From positions 1 to 52,408 of the forward strand of contig NW_021835501.1 in assembly GCF_006345805.1 (NCBI RefSeq): 52,408 nt of DNA, given 5' to 3'. Below the pieces are notes generated by a model. That model ran no database searches and was not told the origin of the DNA. It saw nothing but the letters and a program-made list of their open reading frames with translations. Of the stretch, positions 1 to 12,039 are shown in pieces (positions within the stretch are counted from its first letter, which is position 1; each line of letters starts with the position of its first letter). Source of the DNA: Octopus sinensis. Its lineage: Eukaryota. The translations under genes and the position numbers were made by a program.

Positions 1-266
1 CTTGCGAACTCTATGTTATGGGGACGTAAACACACAAGCATCTGTTGTCAAGCGATGGCGGGGTGACAAACACGGACACACAAACACACCCATACTCACA
101 CATACGACAGGCTTCTTTCAGTTTCCGTCTACCAAATCCACTCACAAGGCTTTGGTCGGCCCGAGGCTATATTAGAAGACACTCGCCCAAGGTGCCACGC
201 AGTGGGAATGAACCCGGAACCATGTGGTTGGTAAGCAAGTTAGTTACCACACAGCCATTCCTGCGC
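1..266 (-). mobile_element. SINE type C (tRNA head + CORE-like ACCTTGGGCAAGT), cut by window start
   Basis: Reverse complement reads tRNA-like head (GGTTCATTCCCAC B-box-like), then GGCACCTTGGGCGAGTGTCTTCT; same sequence recurs >15 times in the window. Confidence 0.9.
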
Positions 267-372
267 ATATGTTAGACTTCTGCTGTATTTGGATAAATTA
301 ATCCCTATTAGTATCACTATCTCTGAATAAATGACAAGAAGGCCACGGATGGGATCAGTCTTTGTTTGATTA

Positions 373-767
373 TAGGTAGAATCGTTAGCACGCCGGTCGA
401 CATACTCAGTGATATTTCGTCTGTCGCAATGTTCTGGGTTCAAATTCCGCCGAGGTCGTCGACTTTGCCTTTCATCCTTCCGGGATCGATTAAATAAGTA
501 CCAGTTACGCACTGGGGTCGAGATAATCGACTTAATCTGTTTGTCTGTCCTTGTTTGTCCTCTCTGAGTTTAACCCCTTGTGGGTAGTTAACAAATAGGT
601 ATTTCATCTGCCGTTACGTTCTGAGTTCAAATTCTGCCGAGGTCGACTTTGCCGTTCATCCTTTCGAAATCGATAAATTAAGTACCAGTTGAGTACTGGG
701 GTTGATGTAATCGACTACCCCCCATCCCCCAAATTTCAGGCCTTGTGCCTATAGTAGAAAGGATTAT
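373..767 (+). mobile_element. SINE type M dimer (head + A-tail unit + B-tail unit)
   Basis: GTTCAAATTCCGCCGAGGTCGACTTTGCCTTTCATCCTT body twice, joined at AACAAATA|GGTATTTC (~597). Confidence 0.85.
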
Positions 768-1044
768 AGGCCAACTAAAAAAATGGGTGACCTAGGGCTA
801 TACAACGACAGCAACAACAGCAAGAAGAAGAAGAAGAACAACAACAACAACAACTGCAAGAAGAAGAAGAACAACAATCGTAATAACAAGATTTTATTGA
901 AGATCGGGTTCTCGTGGAAAATGTGCAAACGAAAGCTACGGTATTGATTAGGTATGAAAGGATTTGCTTGTTGTGAGAGAAAGACGGCTGAGTTCTTGAA
1001 ACACACACACACATACACACACAGAGTGTGTTTGTGTGTGTCTG

Positions 1045-1046
<2 letters not shown>

Positions 1047-1089
<43 letters not shown>

Positions 1090-1625
1090 GCGAGAAGAAG
1101 GGGAGAGAGAAAAAGAGAAAGAGAGAGCGAGAAGGAGGAGTGAGAGAAAGAGAGAGAAAAAGAGGGCGAGAAGGAGAAGGGGTGAGATAGAAAGAGAAAG
1201 AGAGGGCGAGAAGGAAGAGAGAGAGAGAAAGAGAGGGCGAGAAGAAGGGGAGTGAGAGAGAGAGAAAAAGAGGGCGAGAAGGAGAAGGGGTGAGATAGAA
1301 AGAGAAAGAGAGGGCGAGGAGGAGGAGAGAGAGAGAGAGAAAGAGAGGGCGAGAAGGAGGAGAGAGAGAAAGAAAGGGCGAGAAGGAGAAGGAGAGAGAG
1401 AGAGAGAGAACGAGAAAGAGAGGGCGAGAAGGAGGAGGAGAGAGAAAGAGAAAGAGTGGCGAGAAGGAGGAGAGAGAGAGAGAAAGAAAGGGCGAGAAGG
1501 AGAAGGAGAGAGAGAGAGAAAGAGAAGGAGGAGGAGAGAGAGAGAAAGAGAGAGAGAAAGGGCGAGAAGGAGGAGAGAGAGAGAGAAAGAGAGGGCGAGA
1601 AGGAGGAGGAAGAGAGAGAGAGATG
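1047..1625. repeat. Compound GA-rich microsatellite/minisatellite
   Basis: (GA)n interleaved with recurring AGAGGGCGAGAAGGAG motif. Confidence 0.95.
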
Positions 1626-2104
1626 ATATGTGTCCACAGAGGTATTACATGTGCCAATAAAAGGCATTATATGCCCAAAGAGGCGAAGCTAGCCTTAGTA
1701 AAAAAAGACGGAATCTTATAATTACATCAAGCAATCAACTAAAAGCCGGCTATTCATATGAATTATTGGAGAATCGATGAAAAAAAGAAAAAAAAGAAAA
1801 AGAAAAGCATTCAAGGAGAGAAAGCTTAAAAAGAAACGAAAATAACAGCAAAAAAACCAAAACAAACCTTTCCTGAGAGCTAGAGGATCCGTACAGAAAG
1901 GAGGAATCGATTGGTGAAAGGAGGTTTGAGGTTTGGCCGAGCCAAGTCGAACGAAGACAAACCAATCAATTGAAGAATGGGGGCTTTTGACGTGAGGAAT
2001 ATTGATTTCTAACTTTGGTACAAAACTCTCAAAAAATTTGGCGAAGGGTTGAAGGAAGAAGCGCTTGCTGTCGTTCCAATCAATCCCGATGCATGCCTGG
2101 CACC

Positions 2105-2363
2105 GTCAGTTATCTTCGGTAGTTTGTCTTTTATACTTGTTTCCGTCTTTGGACTGCGGCCATGCTGGGGCCTCCACCACGAAGGCTTTTAGTCGGACAA
2201 ATCGACTCCAGTACTTTCGTTTCTTTATCATTTTTTTCAAAGGCTGCAGCTTATTCTATTGGACTCTTTTGTCGAACTGCTAAGTTACTTTGATGTAAAC
2301 AAGCCAACACCGATTGTCAGACTGTGTTAGGGGTACACACACACACACACACACACTCACACA

Positions 2364-2400
<37 letters not shown>
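2105..2400 (-). mobile_element. SINE type C 3' half ending in (CA)n
   Basis: GACTGCGGCCATGCTGGGG...GAACTGCTAAGTTAC...AAACAAGCCAACACCGATTGTC matches other C copies. Confidence 0.8.
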
Positions 2401-2402
<2 letters not shown>

Positions 2403-2424
2403 TATATATATATATATATTATAT

Positions 2425-2670
2425 ATTACGGAGATGTACTCGCATAGCAAGTGATTTGATCTGAGATCGTGTGCTGGAACGAAAACAATTGCAGCGTGGA
2501 AGGTATTTGTAAGCCATTTAAGAAACACACAAAAGCCGTTTGTCAGTGAACGGGTCGCGGATTTTAGCGACGAAAATATTTTGACAAATTAAACTTAAAT
2601 GTTGAAGTGAATCGAACGGCTTTTGTGTGTTTCTTAAATGGCTTACAAACACCTTCCACGCTGCATAGTG
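2425..2670. mobile_element. Foldback/MITE-like element with 51-bp inverted arms
   Basis: 2490-2540 is the reverse complement of 2615-2665 (one mismatch seen); left side abuts (TA)n. Confidence 0.75.
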
Positions 2671-2820
2671 TTTTACTCATTATCTTTTATTAAACTTTTA
2701 ATACTTTTGATATATATTAAAAATAATATAAATTAATTAATTTTATGTATTGGCTTAAGTTTTTCATTGTTTGTTTCCTAATAGTGGTTTTTATCTCTAA
2801 TTTATATATATATATATTTA

Positions 2821-2862
<42 letters not shown>

Positions 2863-2970
2863 TATATAATATATTCTAATATCAGGGTAATAAAGATTTT
2901 AGAAATTTTTACTACCAGTGGTCTAGCGTATAGAAAAAATTAGTCCATAGACTATATATTATTCGTATAA

Positions 2971-3333
2971 AATACAGTGTACATTTAAACACATTAAGAG
3001 GTTCCCATCATAGGACTCCCTTACGCTAGGAGGAACAGCTAAAGTCCAAACCACTAATTAGGGATAAATTCTCGAAGGGAATGAAAAATAAAAACATTTA
3101 CCCTCTATATCCTGGACCACGGTTTCTGACTTATTTTAGCAAATATTTTATTTTATTTTATTTGCTAAAATAAGTCAGAAACCATGGTCCAGGAAATAGA
3201 TGGTAAACGTTTTTATTTTTCATTCCCTTCGAGAATTTAACCCTAATTAGTGGTTTGGACTTTAGCTGTTCCTCCTAGCGTAAGGAAGTCCTATGATGGA
3301 AACCTCTTAATGTGTTTAAATGTACACTGTATT
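2971..3333. mobile_element. Foldback palindrome, ~175-bp arms with 13-nt spacer
   Basis: 2971-3145 pairs with 3159-3333 with few mismatches; lies between (TA)n arrays. Confidence 0.9.
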
Positions 3334-3385
3334 ATATATATATATATATATATATGTACACACAGACACGCGCGCGCGCGTATTG

Positions 3386-3740
3386 AAAAGGTAAAGGTAA
3401 TGTAAAGACCCTCTTCGCTCATGAATGACCATGAGATTGTACCTAGAAAGTTCCCCTCCGAGGCACAAGTCCGGGCAAGGTTGATTGTAAAAGACCAACA
3501 GTCACCCATGCATACCAGCCTGCCCTCTACACGCCACCGATGTTACCCAAAGGAAAGGCAAGGGCCGATACAGCTTGGCACCAGTGATGTCGCAACTCAT
3601 TTCTACAGCTGAGTGAACTGGAGCAACGTGAAAATAAAGTGTCTTGCTCAAGAACACAACACACAGCCCGGTCCTGGAATCGAACTCACTACCTCATGAT
3701 TGTGAGCACGATGCTCTAACCACCGAGCCATCCGCCTTCA
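3386..3740 (-). mobile_element. SINE type V, full length, tail ending (CCTTT)-like
   Basis: Minus-strand tRNA head (GAGTTCGATTCC), TTGTGTTCTTGAGCAAGACAC body, tail AAAGGTAAAGG on plus. Confidence 0.85.
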
Positions 3741-3959
3741 CGTGCTGAAAAGAAATATGCCAATTTACCATACGTACAGACATGTAACCTATGTAGTTGA
3801 TACACAAACAGGTCAAATTTACTTATTTCTCTGTAGATTGAAGACAAAACGATGAACAGACTTGATTGAATTTTGACTCTTCTTGGGGTCTCATTAGAGG
3901 TGTCTACGTCACTTGTCCAATCGCAGAGAAACAGGCGCCCAGTCTATTTATGGATGGAT

Positions 3960-4328
3960 GGAAGCACTCCGTCGGTTACGACGATGAGGGTTCCGGTTGA
4001 TCCGAATCAACGGAACAGCCTGCTCGTGAAATTAACGTGTAAGTGGCTGAGCACTCCACAGACACGTGTACCCTTAACGTAGTTCTCGGGGATATTAGCG
4101 TGACACAGAGAGTGACAAGGCCGGCCCTTTGAAATACAGGTACAACAGAAACAGGAAGTAAGAGTGAGAGAAAGTTGTGGTGAAAGAGTACAGCAGGGAT
4201 CACCACCATCCCCTGCCGGAGCCTCGTGGAGCTTTAGGTGTTTTCGCTCAATAAACACTCACAACGCCCGGTCTGGGAATCGAAACCGCGAGTCCGCTGC
4301 CCTAACCACTGGGCCATTGCGCCTCCAG
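3960..4328 (-). mobile_element. SINE type R, full length
   Basis: Minus head GGAGGCGCAATGGCCCAGTGGTTAGGGCAGCGGACTCGCGG with A/B boxes; repeated at 7725, 16108, 18899, 24723, 36468, 43905. Confidence 0.9.
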
Positions 4329-4732
4329 TCTATTTATATACATCTAGTCGCTGCAGAGATTGGAGCCGCTAACTTGTATACGAAAAGTATTTACGGTTGA
4401 TATTTGATATTAGCGGCCTGTCAACGGGGATCTAAGACTAGACAGTACCATGGCATGATGCAATATATGTAAGCTAAGTAGCAGGCATATAAACAGGGCA
4501 GTCTTGACAATTTCTCTGTTGATGGAAAAAAAAAAAAAATGATGAGCAGCCTTACTCGATTTTCGTACCTTACTGAGTTCTCAGAGTTGTGTACATCACT
4601 TGAGAAACAAGTAGCTAATCTGTTTATATGAAACATCGTATATAGGTTCAGTACACGATCGTTTTTCAGAAAACGATGGCGTTATCATGTTGCGTCATTC
4701 AAAAGTTCAGCGTATCTCTGGACAATCTCTAT

Positions 4733-5143
4733 CTCTCTTTTACTCATTTACTTGTTTCAGTCATTTGACTGCGGCCATGCTGGAGCACCGCCTTTAGTCG
4801 AGCAACTCGACCCCGGGACTTATTCTTTGTGAGCCCAGTACTTATTCTATCGGTCTCTTTTTGCCGAACCGCTAAGTGACGGGGATGTAAACACACCAGC
4901 ATCGGTTGTCAAGCAATGCTAGGGGGACAAACACAGACACACAAACACACACATGCATATATATACATATACATATATACGACGGGCTTCTTTCAGTTTC
5001 CGTCTACCAAATCCACTCACAAGGCTTTGGTCGGCCCGAGGTTATAGTAGAAGACACTTGCCCAAGGTGCCACGCCGTGGGACTGAACCCGGAACCATGT
5101 GGTTGGTAAACAAGCTACTTACCACACAGCCACTCCTGCGCCT
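4733..5143 (-). mobile_element. SINE type C, full length
   Basis: Head, CORE-like body, internal CA/TA microsatellite and (GAGTAAAA)n tail all present. Confidence 0.92.
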
Positions 5144-5518
5144 ATAGTATATAATCTAATATGGAATCTGACGGAAAAAATAAAATACAATGCAGCATCT
5201 TATGGTCCGTGATAAAAGGTGTATATATATACATACATATATATATATATATATATAATATATATATATAATATATATATATATATATGATGCAAACTTC
5301 AGATTATGCAATCTTTGCTTGGAATAGAGTCTGTGTATATTACTATATAAGGAAGAAATAATCAGCAAACGTTCAGAAATTATGAAATCTAACCACAGAT
5401 TTGAAAAACTTTCAGGGAATATAGGAAAACAAAATTTAATGGAGTATGCTTAATTGTTTTACTAACACCTTGGAAAACTTCAATACGGTATATGAAAAAT
5501 AACTATCTGAAAAATAAA

Positions 5519-5578
5519 ATATGGTTAAGATTCCTGGCTTTCACTCGGGCGGCCGGGGTTCGGTTCCCGGCATGGGAA
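5519..5578 (+). pseudogene. tRNA-Glu(TTC) pseudogene, 5' damaged
   Basis: GGTTAAGATTCCTGGCTTTCACTCGGGCGGCCGGGGTTCGGTTCCCGGCATGGGAA closely follows the eukaryotic tRNA-Glu(TTC) 3' ~55 nt as I recall it; anticodon TTC at 5540-5542; acceptor 5' strand and A-box partly missing. Confidence 0.8.
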
Positions 5579-5589
5579 CGCATGGTTTT

Positions 5590-5655
5590 CAAAGTGGTGC
5601 TCCAGCATGGCTACAGAACAAATGACTGAAACAAGTAAAAGAATAAAAGAATATA
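5590..5655 (+). mobile_element. SINE type C terminal tail fused behind the tRNA-Glu pseudogene
   Basis: AAAGTGGTGCTCCAGCATGGC...AAATGACTGAAACAAGTAAAAGAATAAAAG. Confidence 0.85.
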
Positions 5656-6191
5656 AATAGATAATATTTTGAAAAACTAGTCCTCAGAATGTACGAACTT
5701 TGTATATGTATATTTGTGTAGAAATATACATACATAGATGCGCGCACACGCACACACACACACACACACACAGAGGCGTGCATGCCCTTCGCCCTAGTAT
5801 TTTTGTAAGGGTATGACTATATGAGTGAACGGGTAAATGTGTGACTGTCTCTATAAATATGTTGTTTTCATTATTTATTCTTTATAAATATTATATACAT
5901 ATAGATATATATAATGGCATGAGAATTGGTTCCTGATTCCTTGAGCGTTCAACACCATTTTAATTATCCGCTTGATTTATTAAGTCGTTGCCTCAAAAAA
6001 ACAAGCCAAAAAAAAAAAAAAGGAAAAAAAACAAACAAAACAACACATCTTTGCAAAAAAATAACCTAGTTTTATCTGGCCAGAAAAAAATGTCTTTGTC
6101 TCTGTGTTCGTGGGAGCGAGAGAGTATGATAAATATTTTTGACAATTAGCCATAGATAACACAGCAATATCAAACTACAAGCAGGAACTGT

Positions 6192-6615
6192 GGATCTTTT
6201 CGGTTTGAACGGCAGTTTTTAACATAATTTGTAGGTAACTAAAAAATTTTAAACTTCGTATACTGATAGAAGGTGTTTATAAAATATCTTTTTCTCTCGG
6301 CTTTATTGAGAAAATTCTATAGTTTGTAAGATATTTGTTGTTTTTTTCTTCAATTTCTGCAATTTCAACCAATCAATGACGTCTATTGAGGTAAAAAAAA
6401 ACATTCTGTGCCGTATGAATATGTCCCTCGTTTAAGAAACAGATTGGGTTTATTTACATTTCTGAAGAAAAAAAGATACCTTTTTCCCCCACCCCTAACT
6501 AACCCTAACCCTAAAACAAATTGAAATGCAATAGATCGATACTAGGGTCATAATGATGGGTGACAATTTCATATGACACCGCTAGAAAAAACTGCCGTTC
6601 AAACCGAGAAGATCC
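6192..6615 (+). mobile_element. GG-TIR MITE copy 1
   Basis: ~28-bp TIR GGATCTTTTCGGTTTGAACGGCAGTTTT; internal CCCTAA motifs; no TSD found; strand label arbitrary. Confidence 0.9.
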
Positions 6616-7158
6616 CCTTTGGGATCCTCCCGTCCGGAAGACATTAACTATTAACAGACATTCTGGAGATACATATTACCTTATATATGTTATGTGTTCA
6701 TTTATTTTTTCATCTATGAATTTCATTCTTTTTTTTCTCTTCGATTCATGCTATTTCTTGACTGGTTAATTTCGATTTGTGTTTTTTTATGCATTTGTTT
6801 TTTGTTTTAACTATGAGATGTTAACGAAATGATAAGAACATCTTCAACAAATAGTATACATTCTTTGAAATACTGGGGCCCCAACAATCTGAGCTACCCA
6901 GCTTACCGGAATTACAACGGCAAGTGATCTTTCCTTCGTTCCCCCCAGCTTGCTGGCGTCAGCTCATAGTAGGACCACTCACTCGAGCCATCCTCGTCAC
7001 ATTCACACTCACGTTTCAAAACATTTACTGGGAAAGTGACGGAGCAGCACATCTTTCTTAACCCCACTCACTTTCAAATTAAAATAAAATTTTAAAAATG
7101 TCGATGAGGTCTTGGTCGAAAAGTCTCTGTCTTCAGTTTGCTCCATTTCATCTAAATA

Positions 7159-7299
7159 TTAGGTTGTCCCAAAAGTTCGTAAACACTTGCGAAAATTGAA
7201 TTTTTACTCGCCAAGTACTAACAAAAACAACAAAAATTATTCCTCAAAATAAAGACCATTATTTTCCAAGACTTTCTACGAACTTTTGGGACAACCTTA
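7159..7299. mobile_element. Mariner-like MITE (141 bp)
   Basis: TIRs TTAGGTTGTCCCAAAAGTTCGTA / TACGAACTTTTGGGACAACCTTA flanked by TA. Confidence 0.8.
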
Positions 7300-7724
7300 T
7301 AAAAGCAATAACAACAGTGGTGGTATTAAATAGTAGTAACGCTAACAAAAATAACAAGAAAAACGATAAGAATAAGTCGTAAGAGTAACAATAGTCATAC
7401 AATACTACGCAGCAAACACCAGCAAATATATACAAAATTTAGATAAGACCAGAATACTGAATGTGATTCATCTAATGTAATCAGGAAAACCAGGAATGAT
7501 GAAACGAATAGCAAAAATAGAAACAGGTAAATCACATGGTATAATCCTACACACAATTACTTTGTATAAACCCAAATTTTTCAAATGGTTTTCTTTGTAT
7601 TTAAAAATAACTTCTCCCATCACCATAAATACCAATACGTACTTAATAAACTACCCAACTCTACCATTCACAATCTTGTCGATAGCATTGTAGGGGGTAA
7701 TGCATATAAGTACTTGAAGACTAA

Positions 7725-8037
7725 GGAGGCGCAATGGCCCAGTGATTAGGGCAGCGGACTCGTGGTCGGAGGATCGCGGTTTCGATTCCCAGACCGGGCG
7801 TTGTGTATGTTTATTGAGCGAAAACACCTAAAAGCTCCACGAGGCTCCGGCAGGGGTGGGGGTGGCGACCCCTGTTGTACTCTTTCGCCCCAACTTTCTC
7901 TCACTCTTTCTTCCTGTTTCTTGAGTAACACTGCGATGGACTGGGGGGAACACATACGCCACAGAAACCGGGAAACCGGGTTCATGAGCCTGGCTAGGAT
8001 TGAAAAGGGCGAAAAAAAATAACAACAAAAAAAAAAA
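7725..8037 (+). mobile_element. SINE type R with alternative tail and TSD
   Basis: TSD ACTTGAAGACTAA at 7712-7724 and 8038-8050; A-rich 3' end. Confidence 0.92.
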
Positions 8038-8410
8038 ACTTGAAGACTAAGGTTCTTTCCCACTAAACTAGGAAGAATTACCAAATACCATTCGTTCATA
8101 GCTGCAGTATATGACTGGCCTTCAAATACTAGACATAATTAATGATAGCTATTTGAATAATCACTGTTCAAACATCCAAGCGATGGCTTCTCGTGCAAAT
8201 TTCTTCACGGCGAAAAACATTCAAACCTCACCAATGAGCTTTATTCAAATAATGAAATGTTTAATACTAACCCTACTAGAACAGCTAAAATTAGTAATAA
8301 GTCTAAAACGTGTAAATCAAAGAATGACAATGCCTGTCAGTTAAACAGAAATTGTCTTGTCAAAAACATAGTATACAGATGTAGGGTAATTACATGTGCA
8401 TACTCTAAGC

Positions 8411-8559
8411 CAGTGTTTCTCAACCTCCTTACCCTTGCGTAACCCTTAAAATAAATTACATATGTCAAGGAATCCCTGCACAAAAAAACAAAAAACAAAA
8501 TTATATACTATATCTTTCACATACTTTTTCATCGTAGTTCACGTGGTAAATATTATCTA

Positions 8560-8608
<49 letters not shown>

Positions 8609-8776
8609 GCAATCTCGAGTATAACCAGCCGAAATTGCAAAGATAATCTGGAACTCAACTGAGGAAAGGAAACTCCGAATGACCCGTCCTTGTTTTCTTT
8701 GTATCGTCTATCTGGATGTTTTGTTGTCCCTTTTTTGTATCACCTAACTGTCTGGATGTTTTGCGTTCTTGTTTTG

Positions 8777-8813
<37 letters not shown>

Positions 8814-9072
8814 CATACATACATACATACAGACATACACATGCACATAAACACACACAAACATATGGTTGTTATATTTTTTTGATCACATAATAGGTTA
8901 GATATGATGATGTTTATATTACAATATTACAATAACCAATTATATGTTGTGCATGTATAGTAATATTACGATCATGAAATTAGCATTAGCTTATCTCACT
9001 CTTTCTCGCGGAACCCCTAGGAACCGTTCGTGGAATCTTAAGGTTCCGGAGAGCCTCGGTTGAGAAACGCCG
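8411..9072. mobile_element. hAT-type non-autonomous element with nested insertion
   Basis: TIRs CAGTGTTTCTCAACC / GGTTGAGAAACGCCG; 8-bp TSD CTCTAAGC at 8403-8410 and 9073-9080. Confidence 0.88.
8605..8780 (+). repeat. Unclassified (TA)n-abutting repeat (CAGCCGAAATTG family)
   Basis: Related copies at 27235-27360, 30440-30545 (-), 33345-33510 (-). Confidence 0.65.
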
Positions 9073-9424
9073 CTCTAAGCCAACATTTTAAAGAAACGCT
9101 TTTATACACATGTGCATTCTTTAAAAAACCCAAAATTGGTGCACTGAAGTTTATTAGATAAATTTGTGTGGCAACTCAAAAATTTAAACATTGACTTGCA
9201 GTGGATCATAGTAAAATTCTAAACTCCATGCATGACAGAACGCAAGCTATGACGATTATGCTGTCAGGAAGTAACAGAAACTTAATTTTCGGTACATCAC
9301 GTCTAAATAAACGAAATGAAGTAATCCTGAAATACAACCACAAATTTCTTCGTATTTTCAATTTTTCTTTTTAAATAATAGTTTCAAAAAATGTTTGTTT
9401 ATGACTAAGGGCCAGCAGTTTTTT

Positions 9425-10045
9425 TGAGGGGAGTAGGAAGTCGATTACCTCGACCCAGTACTTGACTGGTAGTTATTTCATCAACCTTGAAAGGATGGAA
9501 GGCAAAAGTCGACCTTGGCAGAATTCGAGGATCTTTTCGGTTTGAACGGCAGTTTTTTCTAGCGGTGTCATATGAAATTGTTACCCATAATTATGACCCT
9601 AGATTCAATCTGTTGCATTTCAATCTCTTTTAGGGTTAGGGTTAGTTAGGGTTAAGGTTAGGGGTGGGGGAAGGGTATCTTTTTTTCTTCATAAATGTAA
9701 ATAAACCCAATCTGTTTCTTAAACGAGGGACATATTCATACGGCACAGAATGCTTTTTAACTCAATAGACGTCACTGATTGGTTGAAATTGCAGAAATTG
9801 AAGAAAAAAAAACAACAAATATCTTACACACTATAGAATTTTCTCAATAAAGCCAAGAGAAAAAGATGTTTTATAAACACATTCTACCAGTATACGAAGT
9901 TCAAAAGTGTTTTAGTTACCTAGAAATTATGTTAAAAACTGCCGTTCAAACCGAAAAGATCCGAATTCGAATATAAAACGTAAAGACGGACAAAATAGCG
10001 CCAAGCATATTGTCTTGCATGCTAAAGATTTTTCCTGTTTGCCGC
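9425..10045 (-). mobile_element. SINE type M split by a MITE
   Basis: GTCGACCTTGGCAGAATTCGA|MITE|GAATTCGAATATAAAACGTAAAGACGG rejoins the M body. Confidence 0.8.
9529..9962 (-). mobile_element. GG-TIR MITE copy 2
   Basis: Perfect 8-bp TSD GAATTCGA at 9521-9528 and 9963-9970. Confidence 0.93.
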
Positions 10046-10215
10046 CTTATATATAACTAGCTGGCCTCGTGCCGTCGAAAATGATGGCTAATTGTAGTAT
10101 TTTATATATAAATATGGATGGTAAATCAAATTAATACACTTGTCGATGTTATCTAGTGGTTCATTATTTACATTATTTACATTTGACGGATATTTGTCCT
10201 CACCTTGTTTGTTGT

Positions 10216-10262
10216 TAATACAACGCTTCGGCTAATATACCCTCCAGCCTTCATCAGGTGTC
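10216..10262 (-). ncRNA. Degenerate type-I hammerhead ribozyme motif in a Penelope-like remnant
   Basis: GACAC CTGATGA A GGCTG-loop-TAGCC GAAG CG TT GTATT; GAAA changed to GAAG. Confidence 0.6.
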
Positions 10263-10327
10263 TTGGGTGAAATTTCGAACCTGGGTTCTCACTCCTAAGG
10301 TATTTTTCGATGATGTTGTTGTTGTTG

Positions 10328-10329
<2 letters not shown>

Positions 10330-10394
<65 letters not shown>

Positions 10395-10395
10395 C
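10330..10395. repeat. (ATT)n microsatellite
   Basis: Direct reading. Confidence 0.95.
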
Positions 10396-10582
10396 TGGTG
10401 GTTGTATTTTTGAGATGTGACATCGATCATCGTTTGTTACTGAAAGAACCCTGCTTCACATATACAAACATTCACACACTTCCCTTGTACACGCACAGAC
10501 ATACACACATGTGCTCATACAGAGTTGAAACGCTGTTTGATTTTTCTTTTCAGCGTTGAATGTTCACCATCCCACTTCCATT

Positions 10583-10635
<53 letters not shown>

Positions 10636-10794
10636 ACATTCACATACACACATATACTCACACAGAGTCGAAACACTCCCGCTACCAATTTGCCATCACC
10701 CCTTCCTTCCTTATTCGTCTTTCACCCATTCTTTTCTCATTTATATGTTGTGACGGAGAAAAACACAAGAATATTATTACAGTAGACAATTAAC

Positions 10795-11000
10795 CTTTCT
10801 ACTATAGGAAAAGGCCCCAAATTTTTTTTGTGGGGAGGGGACTAGTCGATGCTATCGACTCCAGGGATCAACCAGTACTCATTTTATCAACTTCGAAAGG
10901 GTGAAAGGCAATGTCGATCCCAACAGAATTCTTACTCAAAGCATAAAGACGGATTAAATAACGCTAAGCATTTTATGCGGAATGCTAATTTCTTTTTAGC
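10795..11000 (-). mobile_element. SINE type M (B tail), diverged
   Basis: AACCTTTCTACTATAGG...GTCGATGCTATCGAC...GAAAGGGTGAAAGGCAATGTCGA. Confidence 0.7.
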
Positions 11001-11985
11001 AAATAAAGGAACCACGTTAACCAATAAGATTACAGCTTGCAATATATAATTCAGAAACGGAGATTATTTCCATTCCTGTAATTAGTTTTATGCCTTCATA
11101 TCGTTTAAAAACTTTTGCTTCTGCTTCCGTTTCATAAATGTTAAATGATTGATCGATTTTAATTTCTTTTATAATACTTTATATCATTTTAATTCACTTT
11201 ACAGTATACAAACATGATGCAATACTCTGACATTTGAAAGTTGGGTTTAAATCCTCCTACAACGTTTAATACATATCGTTATAATCAGCTTTCTTAGTCT
11301 GTGTGCTTATGTGTGTGTATATATATATATATATATATAAGATATATACACACATACATATACACAGCATGTTCATGCATCCCCCACACAAACCATTTAA
11401 AATATATGCATATATCTGCTCTTTTCTATGTAAATCCGTGTCTCTATATGAGTAAGGATATGCTTATATATAAGTACACCCACACACACACATATATGTA
11501 TATACATGCATATACTTGTATAGACATACATACATACATACATTACATTACACACACACACACACACACAACACACACACACAACATATATAATATATAT
11601 ATATATATATATATAGATTATATATATTCTTATATATATATATATATATATATCTATATATATATATAGATATATATAGATATAATGGCAAGATGTGCAA
11701 CATTTGAAATCTTGTCTAGGTAAATGCAGCTGATGAAGACTAATCAAATTACGTTGTCAAACGTATTTGAAGAGTTAGAAACCGGTCCTGCATTATCCGA
11801 TTCTAGGTTGTCCATTTATCAGATGTTCTTCCTAGAGGTAAGACAAATTTTTTTCATGTTTGTTGCATACACGCGTCTTTGCTAGTATATACGCAGTGAG
11901 GCTATACAATAGCGTCGTATTTATTATGATTGCTATTTTCCAGTAAATATTGGTGCCTTGTTGTACCATTTATCTACTTATATAT

Positions 11986-12038
<53 letters not shown>

Positions 12039-12039
12039 T

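Noticed and set aside
764-1667. Longest ORFs (297 and 239 aa, minus strand)
   Set aside because: Translations of the GA/CT microsatellite; low-complexity L/S/F
7100-7128. CGATGAGGTCTTGGTCGAAAAGTC hammerhead-like motif
   Set aside because: Core and stems too degraded to support
7725-7800. SINE heads as functional tRNA genes
   Set aside because: No complete acceptor stem; each continues into a shared SINE body
9615-9670. TTAGGG repeats as a telomere or interstitial telomeric site
   Set aside because: Only 2-3 units, at the same internal position in every MITE copy
11730-11769. CTGATGA A GAC..GTC AAACGTA hammerhead-like motif
   Set aside because: G12 of GAAA missing and stem I does not pair; at best a relic
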